The translations under genes and the position numbers were made by a program. A stretch of DNA of 64,000 nucleotides from Candidatus Aminicenantes bacterium. Lineage in GTDB: Bacteria; Acidobacteriota; Aminicenantia; Aminicenantales; JAFGBC01. Location of the stretch: assembly GCA_963702005.1 (NCBI GenBank), contig OY969696.1, forward strand, positions 1,344,001 through 1,408,000. The letters are read 5' to 3'. The notes under the pieces are model-generated. The model saw nothing but the letters and a program-made list of their open reading frames with translations, was not told the origin of the DNA and did no database searches. Below, piece by piece: positions 39,756-49,418 of the stretch; the first letter of the stretch is position 1, and each line of letters starts with the position of its first letter.

Positions 39756-40592
39756 CTATGGAAGCTCGGTCGCCTCCCAGTGGCAGAGCGACCGGATCTC
39801 GTCCTCGAAGTATGCTTTACGGCGCTTGAACAGTTCGTCCCAGTCGACTTGGTGGGCATCGAAATCCGGCCCGTCGACGCAGGCGAATTTCGTTTTGCCC
39901 GCGGCCGTGCAGCGGCAGGCCCCGCACATCCCCGTTCCGTCGACCATGATCGGATTCAGGCTGACGATCGTTTTGATGCCCCGAGGCTTCGTGGCCGTGG
40001 CGCAAGAGTACATAAGATAGGTGCAACCGACCGCGATGACGCGGTCGACCGGGGCCTCGGTCTCGAGGACATTTTCGAGGGGCTTGGGGATGAAGTCTTT
40101 GGATCCCTGGACGTGATCGCGCGAAGAGAGAATGACCTTGTCGCAAACCGACCGGTAGCGGTCTCTCCAGTAGAACAGGTAATCCGCTTTGGCGTCCAAG
40201 ACTGCGATGACCTTATTCCCGGCCCGTTTGAGTGCCCGTGCGGCGGGCCAGAGGGCGCCGATGCCGAAACATCCGGCGGCCAGAACGACCGTCCCGAATC
40301 GGTCGATTTCGGACGGCCGGCCCAGCGGCCCGACAAACACGGGTATTTCGTCGCCGGGGTTGAGGCCGGCGAGTTTCCTGGTCGATGTCCCGACGACCAG
40401 GAAAACGGCCGTGACCGAACCGCGGTCCGGATCCCAGTCGGCGATGGACAGAGGGATGCGCTCGCCCCGTTCGTCGGGCATGAGGATGACGAACTGGCCG
40501 GGCCGGCATTTCTTAGCGACCTCGGGAGCATGGACCTCGATGAGATGGAGGTTGGGGATAAGTCGTTGTCTGGCCAGGATTTTGGGCATCAT
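39756..40592 (-). CDS. nfnA: NfnA small subunit (FAD/NAD + 2Fe-2S)
   Basis: PGQFVIL, GERIPLSIAD, SLNPIMVDGTGMCGACR, FACVDGPDFDAHQVD. Confidence 0.88.
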   Translation of the reverse strand: MMPKILARQRLIPNLHLIEVHAPEVAKKCRPGQFVILMPDERGERIPLSIADWDPDRGSVTAVFLVVGTSTRKLAGLNPGDEIPVFVGPLGRPSEIDRFGTVVLAAGCFGIGALWPAARALKRAGNKVIAVLDAKADYLFYWRDRYRSVCDKVILSSRDHVQGSKDFIPKPLENVLETEAPVDRVIAVGCTYLMYSCATATKPRGIKTIVSLNPIMVDGTGMCGACRCTAAGKTKFACVDGPDFDAHQVDWDELFKRRKAYFEDEIRSLCHWEATELP

Positions 40593-42838
40593 CGTCCTCG
40601 GATGAGCTTCAGGCTCTTGTGCTCTCGGGCCATATTCAGGCCTTTATAATCGTCCGGATCCCGGGGTATCGCCGGAGGGATCTCGGCGTCTCGGCCCGAA
40701 ATCGTTTTGTCGCCGCTAAGAACTTCGGTCCCCGCCGGTTCCTCAGCCAGGAACACGCCCTCCGGAGGAAAGGAATCCGAGGCCAGGTTCCGGAAGGCGG
40801 GGACGGACCGGGCGAGGTCCTTCCGGATGTTCTCGGCCGACGAGTAAACGGATTCTGTGCGGCCCATCTTCCCGGCCAGCTCGCTCAGGATGAGCCAGCC
40901 GGGCTTGGCTTCGCCCAAGGGGTCAAGGGCTTTTCCCGAGATCTGAATGCGGCCCTCGACATTGACGAAGGCCCCCTCCGCTTCGAACGAGGTCGTCTCC
41001 GGAAGGATGACGTCAGCGATCGAGGCGTTCTCATCCAGGTAACTGCCCTGGACAACGACGAACTCCGCCGCGCCCGGCTCCAATTTCGGAAACGGGCCTG
41101 CGAGGTAGAGGGCCCGAATCCTGTTTGCGCCGACGGCCCCGGCCAGATCTTCGGCCCTGACGAGTCTCCCTGGGAAAGCATCAGCGATCTCGAGACCGCC
41201 GCGGAGGTTGGCTTCTCCGTCTAAGGGAATGATCCGCCCTTGTGTCAGCACGGCCAGATTCCAGAGAGCGGCCGGCCCGCTCCGGCCGCCGGCCAACTCG
41301 AGAAACGCCGGGCCGAAGAGGATAAACACCGGCTTGCGCGTCTCTATCAGACGGGCGATCTCGATGAGCTTTCTATTTAGGTCGGGGGTTTTACGGCCGG
41401 TCCTGAATTTGACGATTCCTTCGGCCTTACCGCGGCCTTTCAGGACGACAGCGGCCAGGGCCGAGAAAAAGTCCGCCTCCCCTCCGGAAGGAATATCGAC
41501 CTGGATGGACGCCCCGCGGCTGTACCGCGCGCCTTCCAGGCTGACGCTCACCAGCGCCGCCCCGTTCCGGACGGCCCGATTGACCTCAAGCCCCACGATG
41601 GGCTGTATCACCGGGAGGTCCTCGCCGACGAGCAGGATCGTCTCCGCCCGGCCGATGTCGGACATCTCGAAATTCAGGGGAACCGGCCGTCCCGCGGCCC
41701 GACCGAGCTTGCGCAGCTCCCCGGCCGCCGAGCCGGCCCAGGGGCCCGTGATCGAACCGGTTTTCAGGACATCGAAGGCGAATCGGTGCAGAGCGAAAAG
41801 ATCCTCGCACGAGGTCTGGGCGGACGCCGCCACGGCGATCTGTCCCGCGGCGAAGCGGCCCAGCCGCCCCGCGACAGCGTCCAATGTCTCCTCCCAGGAG
41901 GCCGGCTGGAGGCTGCCGTCCTTGCGGATCATCGGCCGGGCCAGCCGGCGCGGATGGTGGACGGCGCCCTTGACCAGGAACCGGCCCTTGACGCAAGCCT
42001 GGCCGCGGTTCACGAGGCCGTCCGGGTCGGGGTTCGCGCCCAGGATCCGGCCGTCCCGGACTCCGACCTGCAGTCGACAGCCCTGTGCGCAGAACGGACA
42101 GAGGACGCGCAGTTCCAGGTCGGGCAGGCGCTCGTAGCGAATGCCGCGTTCCGTAAGCGCGCCGGTCGGGCAGACATCGACGCAGGCGCCGCAGAACCGG
42201 CACCCCGAGTCGACCAGCCGCCGGTCCAGGGCCGTGCCGATGATGGTTTGGGATCCCCGGAAGACGAATGTCAGCACGGAGGCCCCTCTGACCTCGTGAC
42301 AGACCCGGACGCAACGCCCGCAAAGAATGCAGAGGTTGTTGTCCCGGTCGATGAAGGGATCGTCCCGGCGGACGTCTCCTTCCCGTCGTCCGGAGGGGAA
42401 ACGGACCTGATCGACGCCGACGGCCTCGACGACCTTCTGCAGCTCGCAGCGCCCGTTGGCCGGGCAGAGCACGCATCCGGTGACTTCGTCTGTTTTCCGG
42501 ATCGTGGACTTGTATTCGTCGCAGGACGTCTTCTCGGCGCAGATCAGGCAAGCGTTGGGATGCTCGGTCAGGATGAGCTCGAGGATGCCCCGCCGTAGGG
42601 CCGCGATCTCCGGAGTCGCGGTCTGGACTTCCAAACCCTCCTCGGCGGCCGTGCTGCAGGCCGGGACATAGCCCCTGCGGCCCTTTATTTCGACCAGGCA
42701 GAGTCTGCAGGCGGCGTAGGGTTCGAGGGCCTGATGGTCACAGAGCGATGGGATGTAAATCCCATTGGCCTTGGCAACCTCGAGGATCGTGGGACGCCCC
42801 TCGAAAGCGATCGTCCGGCCGTCAAGGCTGATGGTCAT
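40589..42838 (-). CDS. NuoG/FdhA/HydA-like Fe-S subunit with degenerate molybdopterin-fold domain
   Basis: IPSLC...ACRLCLVE 2Fe-2S; HxxxCxxC cluster; CILCGRCVRVC and CRFCGACVDVCP; CPFCAQGC...C; no H-cluster motif. Confidence 0.82.
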   Translation of the reverse strand: MTISLDGRTIAFEGRPTILEVAKANGIYIPSLCDHQALEPYAACRLCLVEIKGRRGYVPACSTAAEEGLEVQTATPEIAALRRGILELILTEHPNACLICAEKTSCDEYKSTIRKTDEVTGCVLCPANGRCELQKVVEAVGVDQVRFPSGRREGDVRRDDPFIDRDNNLCILCGRCVRVCHEVRGASVLTFVFRGSQTIIGTALDRRLVDSGCRFCGACVDVCPTGALTERGIRYERLPDLELRVLCPFCAQGCRLQVGVRDGRILGANPDPDGLVNRGQACVKGRFLVKGAVHHPRRLARPMIRKDGSLQPASWEETLDAVAGRLGRFAAGQIAVAASAQTSCEDLFALHRFAFDVLKTGSITGPWAGSAAGELRKLGRAAGRPVPLNFEMSDIGRAETILLVGEDLPVIQPIVGLEVNRAVRNGAALVSVSLEGARYSRGASIQVDIPSGGEADFFSALAAVVLKGRGKAEGIVKFRTGRKTPDLNRKLIEIARLIETRKPVFILFGPAFLELAGGRSGPAALWNLAVLTQGRIIPLDGEANLRGGLEIADAFPGRLVRAEDLAGAVGANRIRALYLAGPFPKLEPGAAEFVVVQGSYLDENASIADVILPETTSFEAEGAFVNVEGRIQISGKALDPLGEAKPGWLILSELAGKMGRTESVYSSAENIRKDLARSVPAFRNLASDSFPPEGVFLAEEPAGTEVLSGDKTISGRDAEIPPAIPRDPDDYKGLNMAREHKSLKLIRGR

Positions 42839-44688
42839 GGCCTTGTCGAGCTCGGCCTGAAGCCGGCGAGCGCCCGCCCTTTTTCTCCCGAGTACTTGGA
42901 TACGGCCCGGATTTTAGGGGGGCAGACATTGAAGCAGGCGCCGCACTTGATGCAGGCGGCCTGGTTGATGACATGGACTCTCTTTCGTTCACCCGCGATG
43001 GCGTCGGCCGGACAGCTCTTGAGACACAGGAGGCAGCCGACGCATTTCTCGGGCTCGATGAAGAAGGTGATCAGGTTCTTGCAGACGAGCGCGGGGCAGC
43101 TGCGGTCGCTGATATGGGCTTGGTATTCGTCCCGGAAATAGCGCAGCGTAGACAGGACGGGATTGGGAACCGTCTGGCCGAGGCCGCAGAGCGAGCCGCG
43201 TTTTACCGTCCGGGCCAGGGCTTCCAGCCGCTCCAAGTCGGCCGCCGTCCCCGCTCCGTCCGCGATCCGGGCCAGGATCTCAGCCATTCGGCGCGTCCCG
43301 ATCCGGCAGGGGGGGCATTTGCCACAGGATTCCTCCTGGGTAAAGCGCAGGAAATAGAGGGCGATGTCCACCATGCAGGTGTCCTCGTCCATCACGATCA
43401 TGCCGCCCGAACCCATCATGGCGCCGGCCTGGGTCAGGCTCTCGTAGTCGACCGGAAGATCCAGAAGCTGTTTGGGGATGCAGCCGCCGGAAGGACCGCC
43501 GATCTGGACGGCCTTGAACTCTCGGCCACCGGGGATGCCGCCGCCGATGCCGAAGATGATCTCCCGCAGCCGGATTCCCATCGGCACCTCGACCAGCCCC
43601 GTGTTGTTGATCTTGCCGACGAGAGAGAAGATCTTCGTCCCCTTGCTCGTCTCGGTGCCCAGCCCGGAGAACCAGGCGGCGCCGCGCCGGATGATGGATG
43701 AGACGTTGGCCCAGGTCTCGACGTTGTTGATCACGGTCGGTTTCCCCCACAGGCCGTGCTGGGCCGGGTAAGGCGGCCTCTGCCGGGGGTAGGCCCGCTG
43801 GCCCTCGATGGAGCCGATGAGGGCGGTCTCTTCGCCCGAAACGAAGGCGCCGGCTCCCCGGACGATCTCGAGGTCGAAGTTGAAACCCGAACCAAGGATA
43901 TCCTCCCCAAGCAGGCCAAGTTCATGCGCCTGCCGGAGGGCAATGCCCATGCGCTTGACCGCCAAGGGGTATTCGTCACGGATATAGATGAATCCTTTGT
44001 CCGCCCCGATCGCTTTAGCCCCGATCACCATCCCTTCGAGGACGGCGTGGGGGTCGGCCTCGAGGACGGACCGGTCCATGAACGCACCCGGGTCTCCCTC
44101 GTCGCCGTTACAGATCAGGTATTTAGGTGCGGCTTCCTCCCGCTGACAGAGGGCCCACTTCTTGCCCGTGGGAAAACCGGCGCCGCCCCGCCCCCGGAGC
44201 CCGGAGGCGCTGATCTCGGCGATGATCTCGGCCGGCGACATCGTCGTTAAGGCCTTGGCCATGGCGTCGTAGCCGTCGTAGGCAATGTATTCCTCGACGT
44301 TCTCCGGGTCGATGCGGCCCCGGTTGCGGAGGACGATAAGCCGCTGGTACTTGAAGAAATCAATGTCCGCCATCTTAGGAATGGGCGTTTTCTCTGCGGG
44401 CGGGACATACATCAATTTTTGGACCGGTCGGCCCTTGATCAGGTGCTCCTCAACGAAGAACGGTACATCCTCGATGGTGAGGCGCTGGTAGAAGATACCT
44501 TCCGGATGGACCATCAAGATCGGACCCCGCTCGCAGAATCCGTTGCAGCCCGTGGCCACGATGAGGATCTCGTCCTGGAGTCCCCGCCGCGCGACTTCCT
44601 TCTCCAAGGCCTCTTTGAGGGCGAAGGAGCCGCAGGATACGCATCCCGTCCCGGCGCAAACCAGAAGATGAGTCCGATATTGCTTCAA
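42835..44688 (-). CDS. NuoF/HydB-like flavin (FMN, NAD-binding) subunit
   Basis: GLRGRGGAGFPTG, NGDEGDPGAFMD, GEETAL, GGPSGG, ESCGKCPPCR; C-terminal 2x[4Fe-4S]; N-terminal 2Fe-2S. Confidence 0.92.
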   Translation of the reverse strand: MKQYRTHLLVCAGTGCVSCGSFALKEALEKEVARRGLQDEILIVATGCNGFCERGPILMVHPEGIFYQRLTIEDVPFFVEEHLIKGRPVQKLMYVPPAEKTPIPKMADIDFFKYQRLIVLRNRGRIDPENVEEYIAYDGYDAMAKALTTMSPAEIIAEISASGLRGRGGAGFPTGKKWALCQREEAAPKYLICNGDEGDPGAFMDRSVLEADPHAVLEGMVIGAKAIGADKGFIYIRDEYPLAVKRMGIALRQAHELGLLGEDILGSGFNFDLEIVRGAGAFVSGEETALIGSIEGQRAYPRQRPPYPAQHGLWGKPTVINNVETWANVSSIIRRGAAWFSGLGTETSKGTKIFSLVGKINNTGLVEVPMGIRLREIIFGIGGGIPGGREFKAVQIGGPSGGCIPKQLLDLPVDYESLTQAGAMMGSGGMIVMDEDTCMVDIALYFLRFTQEESCGKCPPCRIGTRRMAEILARIADGAGTAADLERLEALARTVKRGSLCGLGQTVPNPVLSTLRYFRDEYQAHISDRSCPALVCKNLITFFIEPEKCVGCLLCLKSCPADAIAGERKRVHVINQAACIKCGACFNVCPPKIRAVSKYSGEKGRALAGFRPSSTRP

Positions 44689-44710
44689 GCCGCTCCTTCA
44701 ATTCATCGTT

Positions 44711-45247
44711 TCAGCGTCGGCGGCCGGCGCCGGGAGGATTGCGACGCGGCCGCTCCGGCCGCCGTCCGAGCGTCTCCAGGACCGCGTTGGCCTTGGTCTC
44801 GGTCATCTGGCCGTAGTACCGGCCGTCCACGATTGCGAGCGGAGCTAGCGCGCAGGCGCCTAGACAGTTGACTCGCTCCAGCGTGTATTCCTTGTCGGGC
44901 GAGGTTTCGCCGGCCGAGATCCCGAGCTTTCGCTCGAAGGACTCCAAGATAGCCGCCCCTCCCCGGACATGGCAGGCCGTCCCTTGGCAGACCGTACAGA
45001 TATGGCGCCCGCGGGGTTTCAGGCTGAAGGATTTATAAAAGGTGGCGACACTGTAGACGTGGGCCAACGGGACGTCCAATCCCCGAGCCACTTCTTCCAG
45101 GACCTGGGGGGAGAGCCAGCGCTCGCGGTCCTGGACGTCTTGGAGGATGGGGATGATAGCCCGTCTCTGGCCGTCGTACTTGGCGATGATGCGACGCACA
45201 GCCGTCGGCTTGGAATCCGTCCCGCTCGTTTTTCTTTTCTGTGTCAT
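44711..45247 (-). CDS. NuoE/HydC-like 2Fe-2S subunit
   Basis: VATFYKSF, CQGTACHVRG, CLGACALAP. Confidence 0.92.
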   Translation of the reverse strand: MTQKRKTSGTDSKPTAVRRIIAKYDGQRRAIIPILQDVQDRERWLSPQVLEEVARGLDVPLAHVYSVATFYKSFSLKPRGRHICTVCQGTACHVRGGAAILESFERKLGISAGETSPDKEYTLERVNCLGACALAPLAIVDGRYYGQMTETKANAVLETLGRRPERPRRNPPGAGRRR

Positions 45248-45301
45248 ATAGCGATTACGTTACAGAAAAACCGCGGAGCTTGTCAATGGGTGTTTAAAGA
45301 A

Positions 45302-45892
45302 TCAACGGCAGCGCTGCCAGTCGGACTCGCTGAACAAGCGGTCCAATTCTTTCCAAAGGTCTTTGACGTCGCAGCTCATGACGATCAAATCCTGGGAGAC
45401 GCCCTTGAGATCCTTGACGAAGTCGGGCAGTATGGATTCCTCGCGGAAGCCGAGCCGACGGAAAATTTTCTGGGCCCCGACCTGGGGCCTCATCATCCGG
45501 GCCACGATCGTCTGAAGCTTGTTTTGAACGGCCAAGAAATAGAGTTCCCGGATCATGATCGTTCCCAGTCCCCGCTGTTGGAAGGGCCGGGCGGCGATGA
45601 CCCGGATCTCGCCCTGGTGCTTGCTCCAGGCCTCGCCCGAAAGCTCGAGAGCACCGCTGGCGACGATCAGGCCGCCGTGGACGGCCACGATCCGGATGTC
45701 ATCGCCGGTTTCGATCCGGCGGAGTCTCTTGGCCACGACTTTCTCCTCGGTGACGTCGAACTTCAGGTACTTTCGGTCCTCGAGCGGGAGAGCGTTGTAG
45801 AAGTCCATGAGCTTGTGGATGTCCTCCATCACGAGTCTCCGGATCGTCACCTCGGTGCCGTCTTTGAGTCTTTCGATCTTATCCATGGCCAT
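45302..45892 (-). CDS. GNAT acetyltransferase (Pat-like GNAT domain)
   Basis: LKDGTEVTIR, FQQRGLGT, FRRLGF. Confidence 0.8.
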   Translation of the reverse strand: MAMDKIERLKDGTEVTIRRLVMEDIHKLMDFYNALPLEDRKYLKFDVTEEKVVAKRLRRIETGDDIRIVAVHGGLIVASGALELSGEAWSKHQGEIRVIAARPFQQRGLGTIMIRELYFLAVQNKLQTIVARMMRPQVGAQKIFRRLGFREESILPDFVKDLKGVSQDLIVMSCDVKDLWKELDRLFSESDWQRCR

Positions 45893-45933
45893 CCCGTCCT
45901 CTATCGTGGAATTTCCGCCACCAGTCTGGTTTC

Positions 45934-45962
45934 ACTATATGAATGGGGTCGGGAATTGTCAA
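45934..45962 (-). promoter_or_regulatory. Near-consensus sigma70 promoter
   Basis: TTGACA-17 nt-TATAGT. Confidence 0.7.
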
Positions 45963-45995
45963 GCCGGCCCCCGCCTGTCGCGGGCCGGCGGCGGA

Positions 45996-47342
45996 CGTGT
46001 CAACTCATATAACCATGTTACCGAAACGGTAGTCATTGCATCACCGAAAATGATACCGAAGAAGGATCGAGTTTTTTGTAAGGATCGACCTGGACAAGCC
46101 CCTTGCGTTTCTTCTCATACAGGGTAAAAAGTCTCTTCAGCTTCTGGTCGATCCGACGCTTCAAGTCGGCGGGATTGAGACTGCGATAGAGGTCGTCCAG
46201 GGTTTTGAGGGCCTCCGGGGGGAGTTGCCCCAACTCCCGGAGGATCCGATAGGGCGTCTGGGGCTTCGCATAGCGCCTGCGGGTCTTCCCATCGACCCGT
46301 TCCTTGCGCTCGAGTCTCATTACCGGCTGGAAGAAGTTCTTGAAGAGCCGCAGCTCGTTTCTGTATAGATCGTTTATCAGGTTCAGCTCTTCGGGGGTGT
46401 CATAGCGCAGGTAGCCCAGCGGCCGGCGGACATGGGTGAAGTTCTTCTGTTCGATATAGGCGTTGTCGTTCTTGCGATAGGGCCGGGACCGGGTGAAGGC
46501 CAGTCCCTCCTCCTGGGTGTACCGGTAGAGCTGATCGTTGATGAAGGCGTTGTCGTTGTCCGAGTCGATCCCCCGCCAGGTGAAGGGGGTCCTGGCCCGG
46601 ATCTTCTTGATAGCATCGAAAATCCGGCCCTGGGCGCGGCCCATTACCGCCTCGCCCTCCCACCAGGTCGAGCCGATCTCCAGGGCGGAGAGGCTGTGGG
46701 CATACTCGCCGGCCGTCGAAGCCCCGCAGTGGAGAACCAAGTCCATCTCCAGGAACCCGACTTGGTGGAGGTCCCAATCGGTCATTTTCAGCGGGATCTT
46801 CTTGGCGATGAGATTCCCCCCGACCCGCCCGTAGCGCCGTTGGGCGATCCATTCGGTCTTCCTCGACTTCAGGAGGCGGTCGATCGTGGCCGGCGAGACC
46901 CGCCGAAGTTGCCGGGCGGTCTTCTCATCGACCTCAAGCTCACCCAAAGCGCGAAGCCTACCCAACTCCTCCTCGACCAAGGGCTTCAGCCTCTGGCCGC
47001 AAGGCCGATCGAAGATCTCCCAGAGCGTCTCTAGGGCCACCCGCACAGGCCTTCCGTACACCCGCCGTCTCGCCTTCCGGGGCCGCGAGTCCCCCTTAAG
47101 GAGGCTGGCCATCTTCCGCAGAACAGACTTGCGCGCCAGGCCCGTATTGCGGCAGTATTCGTCTAAAAGCGCGCTCTTCCCCCTTTTTCGGGCCCTGAGA
47201 TACCGTCCCAAGAGAGCTTTCAGATACTGTTCTCGTGATCGCATGTCCATCCTATCCATGTCACCCTATCCTTTAGGAGATTTGGGTAACATTTTATATG
47301 ATTCAACGGGCTTTCCTTCGGTAACATTTTACGTGATTCAAT
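45996..47342 (-). mobile_element. Insertion sequence with rve-type DDE transposase (ISNCY-like)
   Basis: Direct repeat GCGGCGGA at 45988-45995 and 47343-47350; two subterminal GGTA(A/T)CAT... repeats with a 35-bp period at each end, inverted between ends. Confidence 0.8.
46033..47259 (-). CDS. Integrase-core transposase
   Basis: LLDEYCRNTG, SPATIDRLL, EMDLVLHCG, IDSDND, SRPYRKNDNAYIEQKN, GYLRYDT. Confidence 0.88.
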   Translation of the reverse strand: MDRMDMRSREQYLKALLGRYLRARKRGKSALLDEYCRNTGLARKSVLRKMASLLKGDSRPRKARRRVYGRPVRVALETLWEIFDRPCGQRLKPLVEEELGRLRALGELEVDEKTARQLRRVSPATIDRLLKSRKTEWIAQRRYGRVGGNLIAKKIPLKMTDWDLHQVGFLEMDLVLHCGASTAGEYAHSLSALEIGSTWWEGEAVMGRAQGRIFDAIKKIRARTPFTWRGIDSDNDNAFINDQLYRYTQEEGLAFTRSRPYRKNDNAYIEQKNFTHVRRPLGYLRYDTPEELNLINDLYRNELRLFKNFFQPVMRLERKERVDGKTRRRYAKPQTPYRILRELGQLPPEALKTLDDLYRSLNPADLKRRIDQKLKRLFTLYEKKRKGLVQVDPYKKLDPSSVSFSVMQ

Positions 47343-47350
47343 GCGGCGGA

Positions 47351-47380
47351 TTGACAGGAGTCCGGCGTCGGTGCTATTGT
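47351..47380 (+). promoter_or_regulatory. Sigma70-type promoter of the histidine kinase
   Basis: TTGACA-18 nt-TATTGT with TG extension, directly after the IS target duplication. Confidence 0.55.
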
Positions 47381-47390
47381 GGACACTGGA

Positions 47391-49418
47391 ATGCCGATGC
47401 CAATCCGGCGACATGTGCGGCGTTTTTTTAATTTTTCGCTTCGTCGCAAGCTCATCCTGAACTTCCTGGCCGTCATTGCGATGGGCGGCGTCCTGACGCT
47501 CATCATCGGCACCCGGCTCGAGCACAATACGATCATCTCTCTGGCCGAAGCCAAGGTCTGGCACGACCTGGCCTCGGCGCGAATGGTCTATCAGGTCAGG
47601 CTGAACGGCCTCAGCGATATCGTCAGACTCAGCGCCGGCCAGGAATTCCTCCGGGAGGGGCTCCGTTCCGGACGCCGCGAGTCTTTGATCCCCAAGCTCG
47701 ACGAAATCCGCCGAGAGTTCGGGCTGGACATCTTGACCCTCACGGACGGCCGCGGCCGCGTCGTTGTCCGCTCGCGCCGTCCCGATCAGGCCGGCGACGA
47801 TCAATCCCGGGACCCGTTCATCGTCCGCGCTCTCCAAGGTCATATCGCGGCCGGGACCCAGATCGTCGTCCGGGACGAGCTTCTCAAGGAGGGATCCGAC
47901 CTGGCCGAGCGGGCCTATTTCAAGTTTGTCCCGACGCCCATGGCCGCCAGCCGCTCCGACGATCATGAAGAAAACGGCATGATGCTCAAAGCCGCCGTTC
48001 CGGTCTCGGGGGAGGGGGGGGCGCCGCTCGGGGTCCTCTATGGCGGGCTGCTCTTCAACCGGAATTACGAGCTCGTGGACCGGGTTAAGGACATCGTCTT
48101 CAAGGGCGAGAAATACAAGGGCCACGACATCGGAACAGCGACCCTGTTCCAGGACGACCTTCGGATCTCCACCAACGTCCTGGATGACAAGGGAAACCGG
48201 GCCGAGGGGACCCGGGTTTCCCGAGAGGTCAACGAGGCCGTGTTGCGCCGGGGACAGCCCTACCTCGGCCGCGCCTTTGTCGTGACAGCCTGGTACATCA
48301 CCGCTTATGAGCCGATCCGGGACTTCGAAGGACGGACCATCGGCATGCTTTACGTCGGAATGCTGGAGAAGCCGTACATCGACCTGCGCAACGGGGTCAT
48401 GGCGACCTTCGCCGGACTCGCCGGCCTGTGCACGCTGTTTCTGCTAGGCCTGCTGTCCTTTGTCGCCGGACGGATCACCCGCCCCCTGGCCGTCATGGTC
48501 GAGGCCACGGGCAAGATCGCCCAGGGCGACCTTGGCCACCGGGTCAATATCGAGGGGCGGGACGAGATCGGCCAATTGGCCCGGGCGTTCAATCAGATGA
48601 CAGAGAACCTGCTGAACGCCCGCGAAGACCTGACCCAGTGGGGTCGGACGCTTGAGCGGAGGGTCGAGGAGCGGACCCTGCAGCTCCGCGAAACCCAGGA
48701 CCATCTCATCCGATCTGAAAAGATGGCCTCGCTGGGCAAAATCGCGGCCGGCGTGGCCCACGAGATCAACAATCCCTTGACCTCGATCCTAATCCACACC
48801 CATCTCCTGCTCGAGCAGGGCGGCGACCGGCCTGGGGGCCGGGAATCCCTCGCGCTCATCGCTGATGAAACATCGCGTTGCGCCCAGATCGTGGAGGGCT
48901 TGCTCGATTTCGCCCGCCAGACGCCTTCCCGGTCGGTTCCCAGCGACATCAACGATATTCTCGATCGGACCCTTCAGCTCCTGGAAAAGCAGGCCTCGGT
49001 CCGGAATATCCGGATCGAGAAGAGGCTCGATCTTTCGCTCCCGCCGATCGACCTCGACAAGAACAAGATCCGGCAGGTCTTCTCCAACCTCGTCATCAAC
49101 GCCTGCGAGGCGATGCCGAAGGGGGGAGTGCTCACCGTGACAAGCCGTTTGAGCCGCGACGGCACGGGCATCGAGACCGTGTTTTCCGATACGGGGGTCG
49201 GGATCCCCAAGGACAACATACCCAACCTGTTCGACCCGTTCTTCACGACCAAGAGCTTTGGGACGGGGTTGGGCCTGGCCGTCAGCTACGGAATCATCCG
49301 GCAGCGGGGCGGATCGATCGACGTCCAGAGCGAGGTCGGGCGGGGGGCGACGTTCACAATCCATATTCCCCTGGCGGTCAGCAACGAAGAATCTGAACGA
49401 GAGGGTGGAGAACCATGA
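47391..49418 (+). CDS. Sensor histidine kinase (Cache-HAMP-HisKA-HATPase)
   Basis: Two TM segments; DLRISTNV...GTR Cache motif; DEIGQLARAFNQM; AHEINNPL; DTGVGI, FFTTK, GTGLGL. Confidence 0.92.
   Translation: MPMPIRRHVRRFFNFSLRRKLILNFLAVIAMGGVLTLIIGTRLEHNTIISLAEAKVWHDLASARMVYQVRLNGLSDIVRLSAGQEFLREGLRSGRRESLIPKLDEIRREFGLDILTLTDGRGRVVVRSRRPDQAGDDQSRDPFIVRALQGHIAAGTQIVVRDELLKEGSDLAERAYFKFVPTPMAASRSDDHEENGMMLKAAVPVSGEGGAPLGVLYGGLLFNRNYELVDRVKDIVFKGEKYKGHDIGTATLFQDDLRISTNVLDDKGNRAEGTRVSREVNEAVLRRGQPYLGRAFVVTAWYITAYEPIRDFEGRTIGMLYVGMLEKPYIDLRNGVMATFAGLAGLCTLFLLGLLSFVAGRITRPLAVMVEATGKIAQGDLGHRVNIEGRDEIGQLARAFNQMTENLLNAREDLTQWGRTLERRVEERTLQLRETQDHLIRSEKMASLGKIAAGVAHEINNPLTSILIHTHLLLEQGGDRPGGRESLALIADETSRCAQIVEGLLDFARQTPSRSVPSDINDILDRTLQLLEKQASVRNIRIEKRLDLSLPPIDLDKNKIRQVFSNLVINACEAMPKGGVLTVTSRLSRDGTGIETVFSDTGVGIPKDNIPNLFDPFFTTKSFGTGLGLAVSYGIIRQRGGSIDVQSEVGRGATFTIHIPLAVSNEESEREGGEP

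Noticed and set aside
40589-45247. Respiratory complex I or [FeFe]-hydrogenase
   Set aside because: No membrane nuo subunits nearby and no H-cluster motifs
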